NCBI GenBank assembly: GCA_965644295.1
Contig: CBFFRP010000284.1
Span: 1 to 64,000, forward strand
Reading direction: 5' to 3'
DNA: 64,000 bases
From: Paraphysomonas bandaiensis
Lineage: Eukaryota; Protista; Chrysophyceae
A program made the position numbers and the translations under genes. Below, piece by piece: positions 47,565 through 60,826 of the stretch. The notes below the pieces were generated by a model. That model was not told where the DNA came from and did no database searches. It worked only from the letters and a program-made list of their open reading frames with translations. Position 1 is the stretch's first letter. Every line of letters begins with the position of its first letter.

Positions 47565-48925
47565 TATCCTCATGACGTTGAAAAGTAATATTAGATTGTA
47601 TAGCTATTTGTAGCATGCTTGCTGTATTAAGAAATATGTGTTCCCTGATTAACATTAAGAAAACAAATGAGAACTCATATGGTTTCAAATCAATGATATG
47701 TATAGTGTATGCTTAGGGAGTAGCAATAGTACTAGATCAACTCAAAACAATAAACCCCAAGTTTCTATAATAAATGTACTCCTACCACAAAAGAATACTG
47801 AGGTAATAGCAGCTGCGAGGTGCTGAAATTCGTACATAAGTGTGATGATGAATGTGAGCAGTTGTAGTCGCAAGAGAGGCATCATATTGCCTTAATTAGC
47901 ACAATCATCACATTTATATACAGCAGGCTTAACCTCTGCAAGGAAACCTGATCGAATGATGTGTGTATGATATGAGGTACACAATATCCTGAGAAGCACG
48001 ATATGGCCCAAACACTGAATGAACTGGGTGCCACTGCTCCTAACCACCTGTATAGCATATAGCATCAGACATGGTACTTAAACTCTCCTGTAATATTCTT
48101 GAAGTTGTTTCGAAGTCCTGGATATGAAGACAGATCACTTGTTCCTCATTCTGAGCGCTTACTTAGGTAGAGCCGGGTGGGTATCTAACTAATACTTGAT
48201 TAAGTCCCATACGTTATTTGCTAGCTACCTACTGAACCCAACTAGCTACATAATTATCACGCGGTATTCAGCGCTGAATATGCAGTGAGAACCCGGGTGG
48301 GGAGCCGCTGAACTAAGCAATGTGTACATAGGTAGAGGTGCGCGGTCGCAGCACTCGGCAGCACCCACTAGAGGGCCGCACGCAGTGATTAGTTACGATG
48401 TCAGTATGGGGCAATTCTTGCTTCTGTACAGCTTCGCATATTCTCGGCGCTTGGCTAATATTATAATGATTATGGCATATATGTGGAATATATGACAGTT
48501 AGTGACTGTAAATTCCATTCGAATTCCGTATTCTGCTGGCTCGGCATATTCACAGAATGTAGAATGTGTATGTATGTGTACATATACAGTACATATACTG
48601 CTGTGTGCATATGTGTATGTGGTATGTGGGAATATGTGCGTGTTGAAGATCAAAAATCAGACTTTTTTGTGACTTGTTAACTTGGCATGGTCGACATTTG
48701 AACACTCTGTATAATTGCAAACTTTAGGTTTTCATTAGAATAATGTGAATTTTGGGCATTTAAGTAAAAAAATAACAATGTAAAAAAACGCTCATAATAA
48801 TATAATCCTTAAAAATCGCCAACTTCTAGACTTGGTAAGATTGATAAAAATCGATATACACGCACAAGAACCATCCCTGAATACTATAACACACAGCATA
48901 CTATATACATATATATATGTATGTA

Positions 48926-49094
48926 CAGGGGGTGGTTGTGCATATCGATTTCATCGATTTGTTCATCGTTTATTTCATCGAAAAATCATCGTTTTTCATT
49001 AAAAAGTCACTTTCTTTCACTTTTCACTGAAAAAACGATGATTTTTCGATGAAATAAACGATGAAATGCAATCGATATGCACAATCACCCCCTG
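48926..49094. mobile_element. 169-bp Tc1/mariner-type fold-back MITE
   Basis: TA|CAGGGGGTG(G/A)TTGTGCATATCGAT ... CCCCCTG|TA; internal CATCG/CGATG repeats. Confidence 0.85.
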
Positions 49095-49174
49095 TACATA
49101 CATATATATATGTATCATGTACAGAGTGTCTTAATCATCTCTGTATTTACCACTCTATCAGTCTCATATAAACG

Positions 49175-51508
49175 ATGAATCAGTGTTCATATATGTCGCA
49201 TATATCTGCTCTTAATGATGATGTTCTTCGTCTCATCATCTCGATGATTCCACACAGAGCTGTCCTTCCAGTGATGTTGACTTGTAAGAGATTTCATGAT
49301 ATAGTATACACTGATAAGAGGATAGTACAGTCACATGCATCTCACTATTGCATGACCAACTCAATGGTCTCATGGGCTCTGTCGATGGGCTGCCCACACG
49401 TCAAACTAATGAGTACATGTGCACTATACGGCAGACTACAGCAGATGAAATACATCCTGAGCCTCGTATACACACCTCCACTTATGCAGAACCCTATGCA
49501 CATATATTTATTGACTGACGACACTTGTTTTTCTGCTGCTACTGGTGGGCACTTAGATGTTCTGAAGTGGCTTCGTTCACAGGACCCTCCATGTCCATGG
49601 AGTCAATTCACTTATACTACTGCTGCTGCTGGTGGCCACTTGGATGTTCTGAAGTGGCTTCGTTCACAGGACCCTTCATGTCAATGGGATGAACTCACTT
49701 GTAGTGAGGCTGCTGGTGGACACTTGGATGTGTTGCAGTGGCTTCGTTCACAGGACCCTCCATGTCCATGGGATAGCTCGACTTGTCAAACTGCTGCAGC
49801 TTGTGGACAGTTGGATGTTCTGATATGGGTTCGTTCACAGGACCCTCCATGGCCATTGGATAAAGGCGTTTGCTATACTGCTGCTGGTGGTGGCCACTTG
49901 GATGTTCTGAAGTGGCTTCGTTCACAAGACCCTCCATGTCCATGGGGTAGGAGCACTTGTAAAGGTGCTGCTGGTGGTGGACACTTGAATGTTCTAAAGT
50001 GGCTACGTTCACAGGACCCTCCATGTCCATGGGGTGAACTCACTTGTAGTGTAGCTGCAGGTGGTGGATATTTGGATGTTCTGATGTGGCTCCGTTCACA
50101 GGACCCTCCATGTCCATGGGGTGAACTCACTTGCAAAGCTGCTGCTAGTGGTGGCCACTTGGATGTTCTGAAGTGGCTTCGTTCACAGGACTCACCCTGT
50201 CCGTGGGATGAAGTCACTTGCATCAAGGCGGCTGCTGGTGGTGGCCACGTAGATGTTCTGAAGTGGTTTCGTTCACAAGACCCTCCATGTCCATGGGGTG
50301 AACTCACTTGTAGTGTAGCTGCTGCTGGTGGCCACTTGGATGTTCTGAAGTGGCTTCGTTCACAGGACCCTTCATGTCAATGGGATGAACTCACTTGTAG
50401 TGAGGCTGCTGGTGGACACTTGGATGTGTTGCAGTGGCTTCGTTCACAGGACCCTCCATGTCCATGGGATAGCTCGACTTGTCAAACTGCTGCAGCTTGT
50501 GGACAGTTGGATGTTCTGATATGGGTTCGTTCACAGGACCCTCCATGGCCATTGGATAAAGGCGTTTGCTATACTGCTGCTGGTGGTGGCCACTTGGATG
50601 TTCTGAAGTGGCTTCGTTCACAAGACCCTCCATGTCCATGGGGTAGGAGCACTTGTAAAGGTGCTGCTGGTGGTGGACACTTGAATGTTCTAAAGTGGCT
50701 ACGTTCACAGGACCCTCCATGTCCATGGGGTGAACTCACTTGTAGTGTAGCTGCAGGTGGTGGATATTTGGATGTTCTGATGTGGCTCCGTTCACAGGAC
50801 CCTCCATGTCCATGGGGTGAACTCACTTGCAAAGCTGCTGCTAGTGGTGGCCACTTGGATGTTCTGAAGTGGCTTCGTTCACAGGACTCACCCTGTCCGT
50901 GGGATGAAGTCACTTGCATCAAGGCGGCTGCTGGTGGTGGCCACGTAGATGTTCTGAAGTGGTTTCGTTCACAAGACCCTCCATGTCCATGGGGTGAACT
51001 CACTTGTAGTGTAGCTGCAGGTGGTGGATATTTGGATGTTCTGATGTGGCTTCGTTCACTGGACCCTCCATGCCCATGGGGTGATAGTATTTTCAAAGCT
51101 GCTGCTAGTGGTGGACATTTGAATGTTCTGAAGTGGCTTCGCTTACAGGACCCTCCATGTTCATGGGATGAAAGCATTTGCTTCGCTGCCGCTAGATATG
51201 GCCACGTAGATGTTCTGAAATGGCTTCGTTCACAGGACTCTCCATGTCCATGGGGTGAACTCACTTGCAAAGCTGCTGTTATAGGTGATCACGTTGATGT
51301 TTTAAAGTGGCTTCGTTCACAAGACCCTCCATGTCCATGGGGTGAATACACATGCTATGTAGCTGCTGCCTATGGGCACTTGGATGTTCTGAAGTGGCTT
51401 CGTTCACAGTACCCTCCATGTCCATGGAATGGACACACTTGCGCTGTTGCCGCTGATGTAAACGGACACTTGGATGTTCTGGATTGGATTTATTTTGATG
51501 ACGTATAG
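49175..51508 (+). CDS. F-box + ankyrin-like repeat protein (about 22 repeats of about 29 aa), intronless
   Basis: N-terminal LNDDVLRLIISMI...VMLTCKRF (F-box); repeats AA.GGHLDVLKWLRSQDPPCPW. Confidence 0.88.
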   Translation: MNQCSYMSHISALNDDVLRLIISMIPHRAVLPVMLTCKRFHDIVYTDKRIVQSHASHYCMTNSMVSWALSMGCPHVKLMSTCALYGRLQQMKYILSLVYTPPLMQNPMHIYLLTDDTCFSAATGGHLDVLKWLRSQDPPCPWSQFTYTTAAAGGHLDVLKWLRSQDPSCQWDELTCSEAAGGHLDVLQWLRSQDPPCPWDSSTCQTAAACGQLDVLIWVRSQDPPWPLDKGVCYTAAGGGHLDVLKWLRSQDPPCPWGRSTCKGAAGGGHLNVLKWLRSQDPPCPWGELTCSVAAGGGYLDVLMWLRSQDPPCPWGELTCKAAASGGHLDVLKWLRSQDSPCPWDEVTCIKAAAGGGHVDVLKWFRSQDPPCPWGELTCSVAAAGGHLDVLKWLRSQDPSCQWDELTCSEAAGGHLDVLQWLRSQDPPCPWDSSTCQTAAACGQLDVLIWVRSQDPPWPLDKGVCYTAAGGGHLDVLKWLRSQDPPCPWGRSTCKGAAGGGHLNVLKWLRSQDPPCPWGELTCSVAAGGGYLDVLMWLRSQDPPCPWGELTCKAAASGGHLDVLKWLRSQDSPCPWDEVTCIKAAAGGGHVDVLKWFRSQDPPCPWGELTCSVAAGGGYLDVLMWLRSLDPPCPWGDSIFKAAASGGHLNVLKWLRLQDPPCSWDESICFAAARYGHVDVLKWLRSQDSPCPWGELTCKAAVIGDHVDVLKWLRSQDPPCPWGEYTCYVAAAYGHLDVLKWLRSQYPPCPWNGHTCAVAADVNGHLDVLDWIYFDDV
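49622..51013 (+). repeat. 696-bp tandem duplication (8 repeat units) inside the ankyrin gene
   Basis: 49622-50317 matches 50318-51013; identical antisense ORFs offset by 696. Confidence 0.92.
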
Positions 51509-52589
51509 ATAGTTGTATAAGCAAATTATGTGTGATGTGTTGGAATTGGTAATTTGCCTTGTTCACTGAACCCTCTCTTTTATGGGGTGAATGGAGTACT
51601 TCAATGCTTCGCACTTTCGACCCTATGTTTTTGTTTTTTTGAATTCAAGTGACGTACTATATGACATTCAATGTATTGTAGTATACATAACTAACTTTTT
51701 TCTCATCTATGTATGATGTATTTATATAATAGTAAAACAAAACGACGGCAAAGTCAACGAGAAATTAAATTACACACGTCCACTTCCCCCCCCCCTACTA
51801 CCTACACCATATAGAATGCGGGTATTCTTGTACCAATGAATGACAATGATACTAAAACTGAGTTCATCTAGAAGACCATGTGCCCTCCTCTTTTGAAAAA
51901 TAATACATGAGTACTCCTGTATGTATGATCTATGACAGTTGTATTGTATAGGTTTAACAAAGTATTGGGCTAAGCTCCCCTCTACCTCTGAATCATGTAT
52001 GAGCCACGCAAGTATTATGTAGATCTAGCTAGCTAGAGCTTACTTGTCGCCATGTACACAAGAAATGCACCGGGATTATCAGCTATTGATATGTTAACAT
52101 TTAGAAGTAACTAACACTGAAAGAACACACTCTCAAGTAATGATAATTATGATAATCATTAACATTCTTATTATTTATTACTACTAACTGTATACTGTAT
52201 ATTATATTGTATTCATTATTGCCGATCAATATATACAACTATAGACAGTCGTGATCTCACAGTCACAGTATAGTTAACCATACATGTCAACACCGACACA
52301 TACATCTAATACAAAATGGGGTTATTATTTTGGAGGTGTGGAGGAAAGTAGTCTTTTTTTAAAAAAGAGTGAAATAATCATGAACTGCGAGTGCTGATGA
52401 TGAACTAGCAAGACTGATTCATGAACGGCAACAAGTTTTAGCACACATTTCACCATATTAAGGAAAGAGCAGTCCAGCTGCTGATTGAGCGGGGTTTGAC
52501 TGAAAGTAATTTGAGAATAGTATCAGAAACACTGGTCCTTCAGTCAACAGTCTTCGCAATTAGTGGTTTTGATACGTGAACATGGTTTG

Positions 52590-53230
52590 CTTGACACAAA
52601 GCGAGTTCGCACACCACGAAACCGGAAAATAAGAGATGAAGACTTTAGTTTTGCGAGGATTTGTGTCGACACTGTGTCTGTATCGATCCATGAAACGTGG
52701 TTATATTTGTGAAACCAGGGAACTTAGTCACATATCTGTGCGCAGGGGGAAAATCGATGTCGTGGCTGGAGCAGACGAGCAATCGTGCGTGTGAAGTACA
52801 TTGAGGAGTCGTGTACTGTGCTCTGAGGTGTCATCCATGGCTATGGACGGGGTAATATCAGTGTCTACTTTTCATATTGTGGATGGAGACTTACTTCTTT
52901 TTGTGCTGGAAACAGATATTCTTCCCTTGATGAATAGAGCAGACGGTCCCTCTCCACCGAATCGGTACCGGTGAGCACATTGGTGAAATTTATGTTGAAA
53001 CAGCTGTGGTGGCATTGCGTTTGGCTCGCGGCGTCCGAGCCCTCTTCCTTCCACCTTATTCATTGACCTGAACCCTATTGAACGCGTGTTTCATTTATCT
53101 AAACATTGTATTCATAATCATTGGGAATAGTTTTCATCTGCCATCATCCAGTGAAAGAAGTTTGAGAAAGCGTTATTCAATAGTGTGACATCTTCCATTG
53201 CTGTCGTCTATATATCAAGATGCTGGGTTC
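52590..53230 (+). pseudogene. Degenerate IS630/Tc1-mariner transposase
   Basis: MAMDGVI...VDGDLLLFVLETDILPLMN and LFLPPYS-(frameshift)-DLNPIERVF. Confidence 0.75.
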
Positions 53231-54108
53231 ACTATTAGCAACGCCGATATTGCCTGGGATGAAAGGATGTAATTCCTGAGTACTTGTGATACTATAATAT
53301 TATAATGCTAGTGTTTCATGGAAATATTAATTCAGCTATGAAGTAAGAAATCGTAGTCCCTTATGAATCATTATTGCGATAATTAATTAATTTAAGGTTT
53401 ACAAAATATGTATTAAACGCTGACCCTGTTCTAAATTTTCATCCCCAACAAAGAGAGCTTAAGATAATGTTAATTTGAAAGTACTAGAGTTAATGTTATA
53501 TTTTGAAAAAGTATTAAAGGAATCCACAAAGAACCAGAGAACGACAACGATATACGTGTGTCGAGAGGTCAAAAGCAATTAGAAAAGCCTATATATATAC
53601 TACTTTCACAGTGTATCAATACCTACTTCTGGCCTTCCTGCTGCTGTGCTTGCGATGGTGACGATGATCAGAAACGTGTAATGTCTTGTGCCATGAGACC
53701 AGTCATAAGCACGTCATTGGACCATCATCGAGGAATTTGGTTCTATCCTTTCTATAACTCTCTGCATACATTTGGACCAGAAAATATTTGCAAACTTATC
53801 CAGTCCGCTACGAGGCAGTAAGCAGTTGTTTAAATGAGTGGTATCTTGTATACAATTTAGGTTATAATGATGGAAGTCACGAAGAGTAGCATACCGTACC
53901 TGTGGGAAATAAATAAGACCACCTCTTTCTTCTTTATTGTAAAGCCGTGGGCTTTATAACACCATTTTACACGTTTAATGACATCATTATAATATTGCTA
54001 ACTATATTGCAAATTCAATAACGATATAATAATATATGTAGGGTACATATATGTAGCTCTGGCTTTGTATGAGATTGACGATAACAAAAGATACAGATTA
54101 TTATTAGG

Positions 54109-55007
54109 AGTCTTGTAGATGATTTATATGACGAATTTACGCCATATATCAGATCTAGCATCTAAAACTAATACAACCTTTGGTGTATTTGTCGAAGTAA
54201 ATGCGGATCAGCAGCGATGTGGTGTACAGTGGCAGCTGATGACGGAGAACTGACTGTTGCTCTGGCTGACACCATCCGCCAGAACCCTATGCTGATGTTC
54301 AGGGGCATTCACTGCTATCAGGGTATGCTTCAACATGTTCGTTCTCGTGAGGAGCGTTTGTCTTTGGTTCTGTCCCAACCTGTACATGCAGCTTCTTTGG
54401 CTTGCAGCCACTTGCGTACCGCTGGAATACCTGTCGACATCATTTCTGGCGGGGGGACGGGAACTTACATGTACGAGGTTCAGGGCGGTATCCACAACGA
54501 AGTACAGCCTGGATCTTACGTACTAATGGACGGTGACTATGACGATAATGAGCAAAGTGAAGATGACCTCAAGTTTGAGAGTTTGAGAATGCGTTGTGGA
54601 TACATAGCACTGTTGTGTCCACTGCTGTCCAATCCACCCGAGAGAAACAAGTTGTAGTGGATGTGGGTACGAAGGGTGTTGATCTTACAAGTGGAGCGCC
54701 GCACATGACCCTTCAGTCTGCGAAACATGGATTTAATGGGTCACGCCTACCTAGTGTAACATATACTTGCTGGGGCGATGAACATGGTGTATTGACTGCC
54801 GTTAATGCTGAGGCGAGTGAAATCCTCGGAAAGCTACAAGTCGGGGATACTGTCCGACTAATTCCAAGACATATAGATCCAACCGTTAACATGTATCAGT
54901 GGTTTGTAGTGGTAGATGATGAAGTTAGCTTTGGAAGTGAATCTGGACCTGTTGTATCTTCGGTTTGGGGAATTCATGGGCGATCTCCTGGTTATTGAGA
55001 TGCATTA
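54109..55007 (+). pseudogene. 5'-truncated, frameshifted duplicate of the D-threonine-aldolase-like gene
   Basis: Near-identical to 46543-47426, with small insertions at about 54126, 54226 and 54578. Confidence 0.92.
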
Positions 55008-55726
55008 TTTTAAAAATTACATGTATTTCAAAGTCGATATAGTTGAAGAGATACGATATTTTCATCTAATTACTTTTTAGTCATAGAAAGTAGAAAGCGT
55101 ACTCAACATTTACATTAAACATTAATATGTGGTATTGATGTATGTCGTAACTGTAGAGTTGTAAGTTATATATGTTGAGTGAAAGTGTAACAGAGCTATT
55201 GTAAATGTTGAGTACGCCATCACGACTCAGTATCCTCTAGTTTCAATGCGGCCAATATTAGTAGGTAGTAGGGTATATAAAACGTTAAATTCGTAATATA
55301 CTATGTGTTAGCTAGCTTGTTACTACTATAGTGCGCAAGTAAAATGTAGTGCAAGTACTGGTGATGCACGATGCACTGCACTCCAAGTAGTCCACAAAAC
55401 CACTGGCATGAAGTCATCACGTGCTCCAGTAACAGCACCACGTCGCGCTGCCACGCATATCCTATCGTCCAACAATATACTGCCTGAGCCATCCCCCGCA
55501 CACCCAACAAATACAGCCAGCCAGCAGCCAACCGATCCACTCTACTAGACCGAATCAGCAGTTACACATCATTTATCACAGCAAGAAGTAACGACACATC
55601 GATGCAAATCGAATATTATTAGGAAATGACATTGTGTTGCCGACACACGTTACCTGACAGCAACCAACCGCAAGGAATGCAGACAAAAGATGCGCTTAAT
55701 GCTGCTCCTACATTCAAACATTCCCA

Positions 55727-56711
55727 TTACGCCTCAGCACTACGGCTGCGACTGGTGCTTCGACGCCTCGAATCTTCATTCCTCGCATCCTGTCCTGGGG
55801 AGACAGAGCGAGATTTAGACCTCGAAACAGATCTGGAGGCACGACGACGGCTGTCACCAGCACTTGGCGATCTCGACGCACTCCTGCTCTTCGCATCTCT
55901 TCCATTCCCGTTCATACTGCCGCTACGCGACCTACTACGACTACGGGAATCCGACCTATCCCGTCGAGAGGATCCCCCACGGCGATCTCTACTACCGCTC
56001 CTGCTGTCTCTGCTGCGGCTCCTACGGTGGAGGTCCCTGGATCTGCTTCTGCTTCTGCCACGCCCACGGTCAGCAAATTTAACACGAACATATGATCGGT
56101 CAAAAGGATTTTTAAATTCTGTGTCATCTAACTTGCGTACAGCGTGCTCCATATCATCCTCGTTACTGAACTCTACAACACCATCGCCGTTTCTATCCAC
56201 ATCCGCGTATATTACGTCTCCAGCCTTACGCATGAAGTCTTTGAGGTCTTGCCAACTGGCAGACCGGGGCAGACGGGTTACAATTACGCGCCACTCACTA
56301 CGACGCCCCCCACCACGTCCACGGTTTTCCCGACGGGAATCACCACGATCTGAACCACGACTTCCCTTAGAATATTCGACACGAAGACGGCTTCCATCGA
56401 AATCATACCCATCCCTATGATCCACTGAGTTACTCATATACACATACATATATCTGTGTATATACACGTGCTTCTATCTATCCATATATATCTATACATA
56501 CGTATATATATACTGTCAAATCATCTTACCTTCCACGTATCGCATCATCAGCATCATCTTGATATTCAAATGATACAAAGGCATATGCAGGGGGACGAGA
56601 GGGGGTCTTGAGATCAATATCACGTATACGACCATACTTATAGAAGAGATCCTCAATCTCTCGTTCCCTAATATCCATAGGTAGATTCCCAACGTAAATA
56701 CGGTAAGCCAT
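55727..56711 (-). CDS. SRSF1: SR splicing factor (SF2/ASF family), two exons
   Basis: RRM1 [11 protein letters not shown]2 SWQDLKD, RS tail. Confidence 0.92.
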
Positions 56712-57294
56712 TGTGTGTATTCGAAGTTTATTGATAGGTGTATGTGTATGGCTAGAGATGAGTGTTAATAATGTAGAGTTTGATATGTATGTATAGCATA
56801 GCCATGCAATAGCATACCATACTTATATACCATATACACCATATACGTATATAATCATATACATGATTTCAGTGTATGCTATCCCCATATATGTATCAGC
56901 GGTCTACTACACTCCCATATACGCGGTGCATATACAGCAGCAGCACACGACTGTGAACTATGAGTCGTACAACATTCATATCTTGAATAGCCACACAAAA
57001 ATAAAGGAAAATATGTTCGAAAACTATGAAAGAAGGGAAAATGTGTAAAAAGTAAGAAAATTTCATCTAAAAATCCCGAAACTTGAAAGCAATCAATTTT
57101 TCAGTCTAAAAATAGGTAGAGTTTGAGGAGAGTATAAAACTTAACTCCTTTATGTTACGGTTGCTGGATGGATTGATAGCGTTACGATGTTACGATACAG
57201 TGTCTTGGAACATTATTGTTGCATATAGTTGTGTTTAACAAGCAATTAACACTCCACGTATGATGTACATATAAGTCTACTGATTCCCCGTTCC

Positions 57295-58630
57295 TTGAAA
57301 CGTATTTCTTATCATTCACTTGCATTATCAATGCATGCAACATTGCTGCTACAGGCGTTATCTCTGTGCCTTTATGTCTATCCGGTTGATTGCTTTTCAT
57401 CCAAATATTATGACACAAAAGTAACCTCTCAATGGGAATTAAAAGATGAAAGCCTATTTCACTTTCATCATGACTTTCACTGGTAGTATTATACGTAGAT
57501 AGCTTCCATACATTACTTACGGTTGTATTATGCAGGCAGTTCCATGATCTTGACATCCAAGCAACGGAATCTGTCAACTTGGAAGATGCATTCTATGGAA
57601 AGAATATATCAGTACATATACGCCGAATTGTATGTTTAAATCAACTTATTGTTACTGGTACTTATATTGTTATGTACAGGTAAGAAATAGGGAGTGTAAA
57701 GTGCAAAAATGTAAATATTGCCAGGGCAAAGGTTTCATAACTACTCATACTGACACCCCTGCTGTAAAAAAGCAACTAGTTAGTCCCTGTCCAGTATGTC
57801 TAGGCACAATGTATTCCCAACAGCAGAATTGTAATATGTACTACTTTGTTGAAGAAGATGTTCCGGTTCACATCCCTCCAGGGTGCCGCTTAAATTACCA
57901 CGCGAGGTTAGAGGGTAAAGGTACAGATCAGTGATATAAAAGGAAAACAAGTGTTAAGTTGTTTAATTTCTACATAGGAAATGAGATTGAGAGAAATGAC
58001 AGTGGTATTGTAGACATTGGCGCTTTAGACGTATTGATTGATGAGATATCAAGTGGCGACTTCACCGTGACGGAAACCGGGATTGGTATAAAGATTTTAA
58101 TGACCCCTATTGAAGCACTGGAGGTGATATAGTGTCGTATCTTCTCTCGCAATTCTTAATTTGTACAGGGATTTTATACAGAGCGAAAATATATAAATAA
58201 TTCTGTTATAAAAATTGATAGACGGAATAAGACTACTTTGCCGGAAAGCGAAATAGCCATCCCAGGTCTCGGCCTACCGAAAGTGATGGATACAGCATAT
58301 TCGCATCACGAGCAAATAGCAGAAAGAGATGACCTTATAGTAACGTGAGTTTAAACTGCAGTATAACTCTCACTTGTAATCACGTTATATAATAGGTTTG
58401 ATTTCGTGGAGGAAAAAAATGACGACGACGACGAAGAGTTCCTCGGGCCTGACACTATAATTCGGAGCCAGGATGAGTTCGAAGAGTGGAACGCAAAGAA
58501 AGAAGAGAAAAGGAACGCTGCGAAAAGAGATAAGGTTATAAAATCCATTCTTTATAGATTGAAAGATATAAATGACGCTCGAGAGGATGACAATGAACAC
58601 GATGAGGACATGTCATGGGAGGATGAATAG
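57295..58630 (+). CDS. DnaJ zinc-finger/C-terminal-domain protein, multi-exon (start uncertain)
   Basis: VNLEDAFYG, CKYCQGKG, CPVCLG, VHIPPG, LEGKGTD, IEALEG, IPGLGLP; acidic tail. Confidence 0.6.
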
Positions 58631-59306
58631 TTATTTCGATGTTGATGGCTTTTTGATGGGCTAGTATATCTTACAATGATAGTTGATCGTTGTATTCACA
58701 AAATTAAAATTACCTTGTTCTGCTGATTATCGTCAACCAGTATTCACAATTTCTAAACTATATTGAGTATGTATGTAACAATTATTACTTCACTACTCAA
58801 GTAAGTGCAGCACATTCTGCGCTCATGTCAACGAATTTTTGAATGTCTCTTCCCGTGAGAGCGATCTATCTTACTGTCATTTGCCCTTACTGTTGCACGT
58901 TTCACGTACTGTTTCATGGTTAAAATAAGCAAGACATCTATGAACCTCCTATATACTGGTATACAGTGCTCTAGAAAATGTGTAAAATGTTTCCGTATTA
59001 AACACTCAACAGTTGCTTCTTTTGAAATTCGACTATCAATCTTCAAGATAATTTAAATACAATGCATTTCATAATTCAGTCATTCCGTACTAGCAAGTAG
59101 TTAGTTAAACGTCCACATTTTGTCAATACCAACCAATATAAGACTGGCCTGGGAGATATGATGGATACTCACTTCGATGCACCTCGAAATTATAAGTTAT
59201 ACCTTCTCAAGTTACATATATTTAATAAAATTATGTAAAACATAGAACCATATGATACACTACAAATTATAGTTGAGATACTAATGCTGGTAAAATAGAA
59301 CAAAAA

Positions 59307-60289
59307 TTAGGAAGCTTCTGTGCTATATTCTGCCCAGTAGTCAGCGTTATCAAGAGCGACAACGCAGCTCTCTTTGACAACAGTGGCGTTATCGTGCTCA
59401 TAACACGTTAAAACTTCTTTGCATTCTTCATTTCCTATTGCTCCTAAGGCCTCAGCAGCCTCGTGTCGAACCATCTCATGTTCGTCCATGTTACGTAGCA
59501 CTTTGACCAAACCGTTTATCGTGCACGGTCGTTGCATCTGACCGAGCACGTAAGCGACCTCGTGCCGAAAAAGTGCGGAGGTATCTGTAAAGCCTTCTAT
59601 AAGAGCTAATGCAGCCTCATCAGTATTTGTATCGCGAAGAGAAAACATCGCCCGGTATCGGTCAAAAAGGCTGCGGGATGTGTCCACCAAAATGGATTTT
59701 AATTCGTCCACTGAACTGGTCTCCGACATTGGAGGGGCTGGATCTACAGACATGTAAGTGCTGCTGGATTTAACTCCCTGGCTGTTGCGCTTCCAATTTA
59801 TTAAATCTACCGCTATCTGGCAAGTTTCTGCTATTTCAGGAGCAGAATGTGAGGAATATTCCTGAAGGATTTCCAAGAAATCAGGGGAGCCAAGTGCACC
59901 AAGTGCCTCTGCGCTCTTCATCCAAAACTTTAAAAAATCAAAAAAAGTCAAATAAGCTTACCTCATGGCGCACAAGTATATCTTCACTTTCATCCGGTAG
60001 AATCGATAGAAGAACGCCTGCTACAGACAAGTGTTGCATCTGACCAAGTATGTAGGCCAGTTCATGCCTCATTAAACTGCTGTCTTCCCTATTCTTTAAT
60101 GCTTTCCCAAAAATAAGAACAGTATGATCATTAACTAAGTGACTCACCTGTTGCAATAACGTCTGCAGCTTCTGGTGTTCCCATTGTCCTTAGGAAAAAT
60201 GCAGAGTGTGTACGCTTTGATATGGGCTGATTCAAATCAAGTATACATGACTTGAGATCCTCTATACACGGTCCACAGTATGAAGACAT
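59307..60289 (-). CDS. DOHH: Deoxyhypusine hydroxylase, three exons
   Basis: Four HE motifs (RHELAY, RHE|SAEALG, RHEVAY, RHEAAEA) and SVDPAPP linker. Confidence 0.93.
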
Positions 60290-60826
60290 TGTAAAATACA
60301 AATTGATATGCTAGAAAGGAAATTGAATTTCTTATAGTGTGGTGATGTTATGTACTCTATATAGTAGTGGACCTATCTGGCTCTATATAATCTATATGTG
60401 TATATGTATGTATATGTATGTGTGTATATATATGTGCACTGGTCTCTTGTGGTGTCCAGAGGAGTTGTTTTTTGACCAATCAAACCCATTCATTTCATCA
60501 TACCTCACTACTGGTTCCAAGTCCACATATATGTCTACCCCAAAAACACACAACTGAAAAATAAATCGTATCCTAATACCTCCTGAAGATATGATTTCAG
60601 TTTTGACAGTTGAAACAAATGGTTTTGACTTCATTTTCTTGTTTTCATATAAGAAATTGCGGTTTTATTATGGATTTCGACTTTTCCATATATATATGTA
60701 CGTACACTCCATCTCTCTGTGTCTATTGTCTATATATACACATACATACAATAACTATTACATTAACTCACTTACTCATAATCTTATCTGGCCAGGTGAA
60801 TACTATACTCTAAACAACAAGTAATT

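Noticed and set aside
48230-48400. GC-rich patch as a structured ncRNA
   Set aside because: No recognisable tRNA, snRNA, RNase P/MRP or SRP signature by eye; an Rfam scan would be needed.
49519-51495. Conserved/variable 87-bp periodicity as a CRISPR-like or DGR array
   Set aside because: Entirely in-frame protein repeats; no adjacent RT/template pair and no adenine-specific variation evident.
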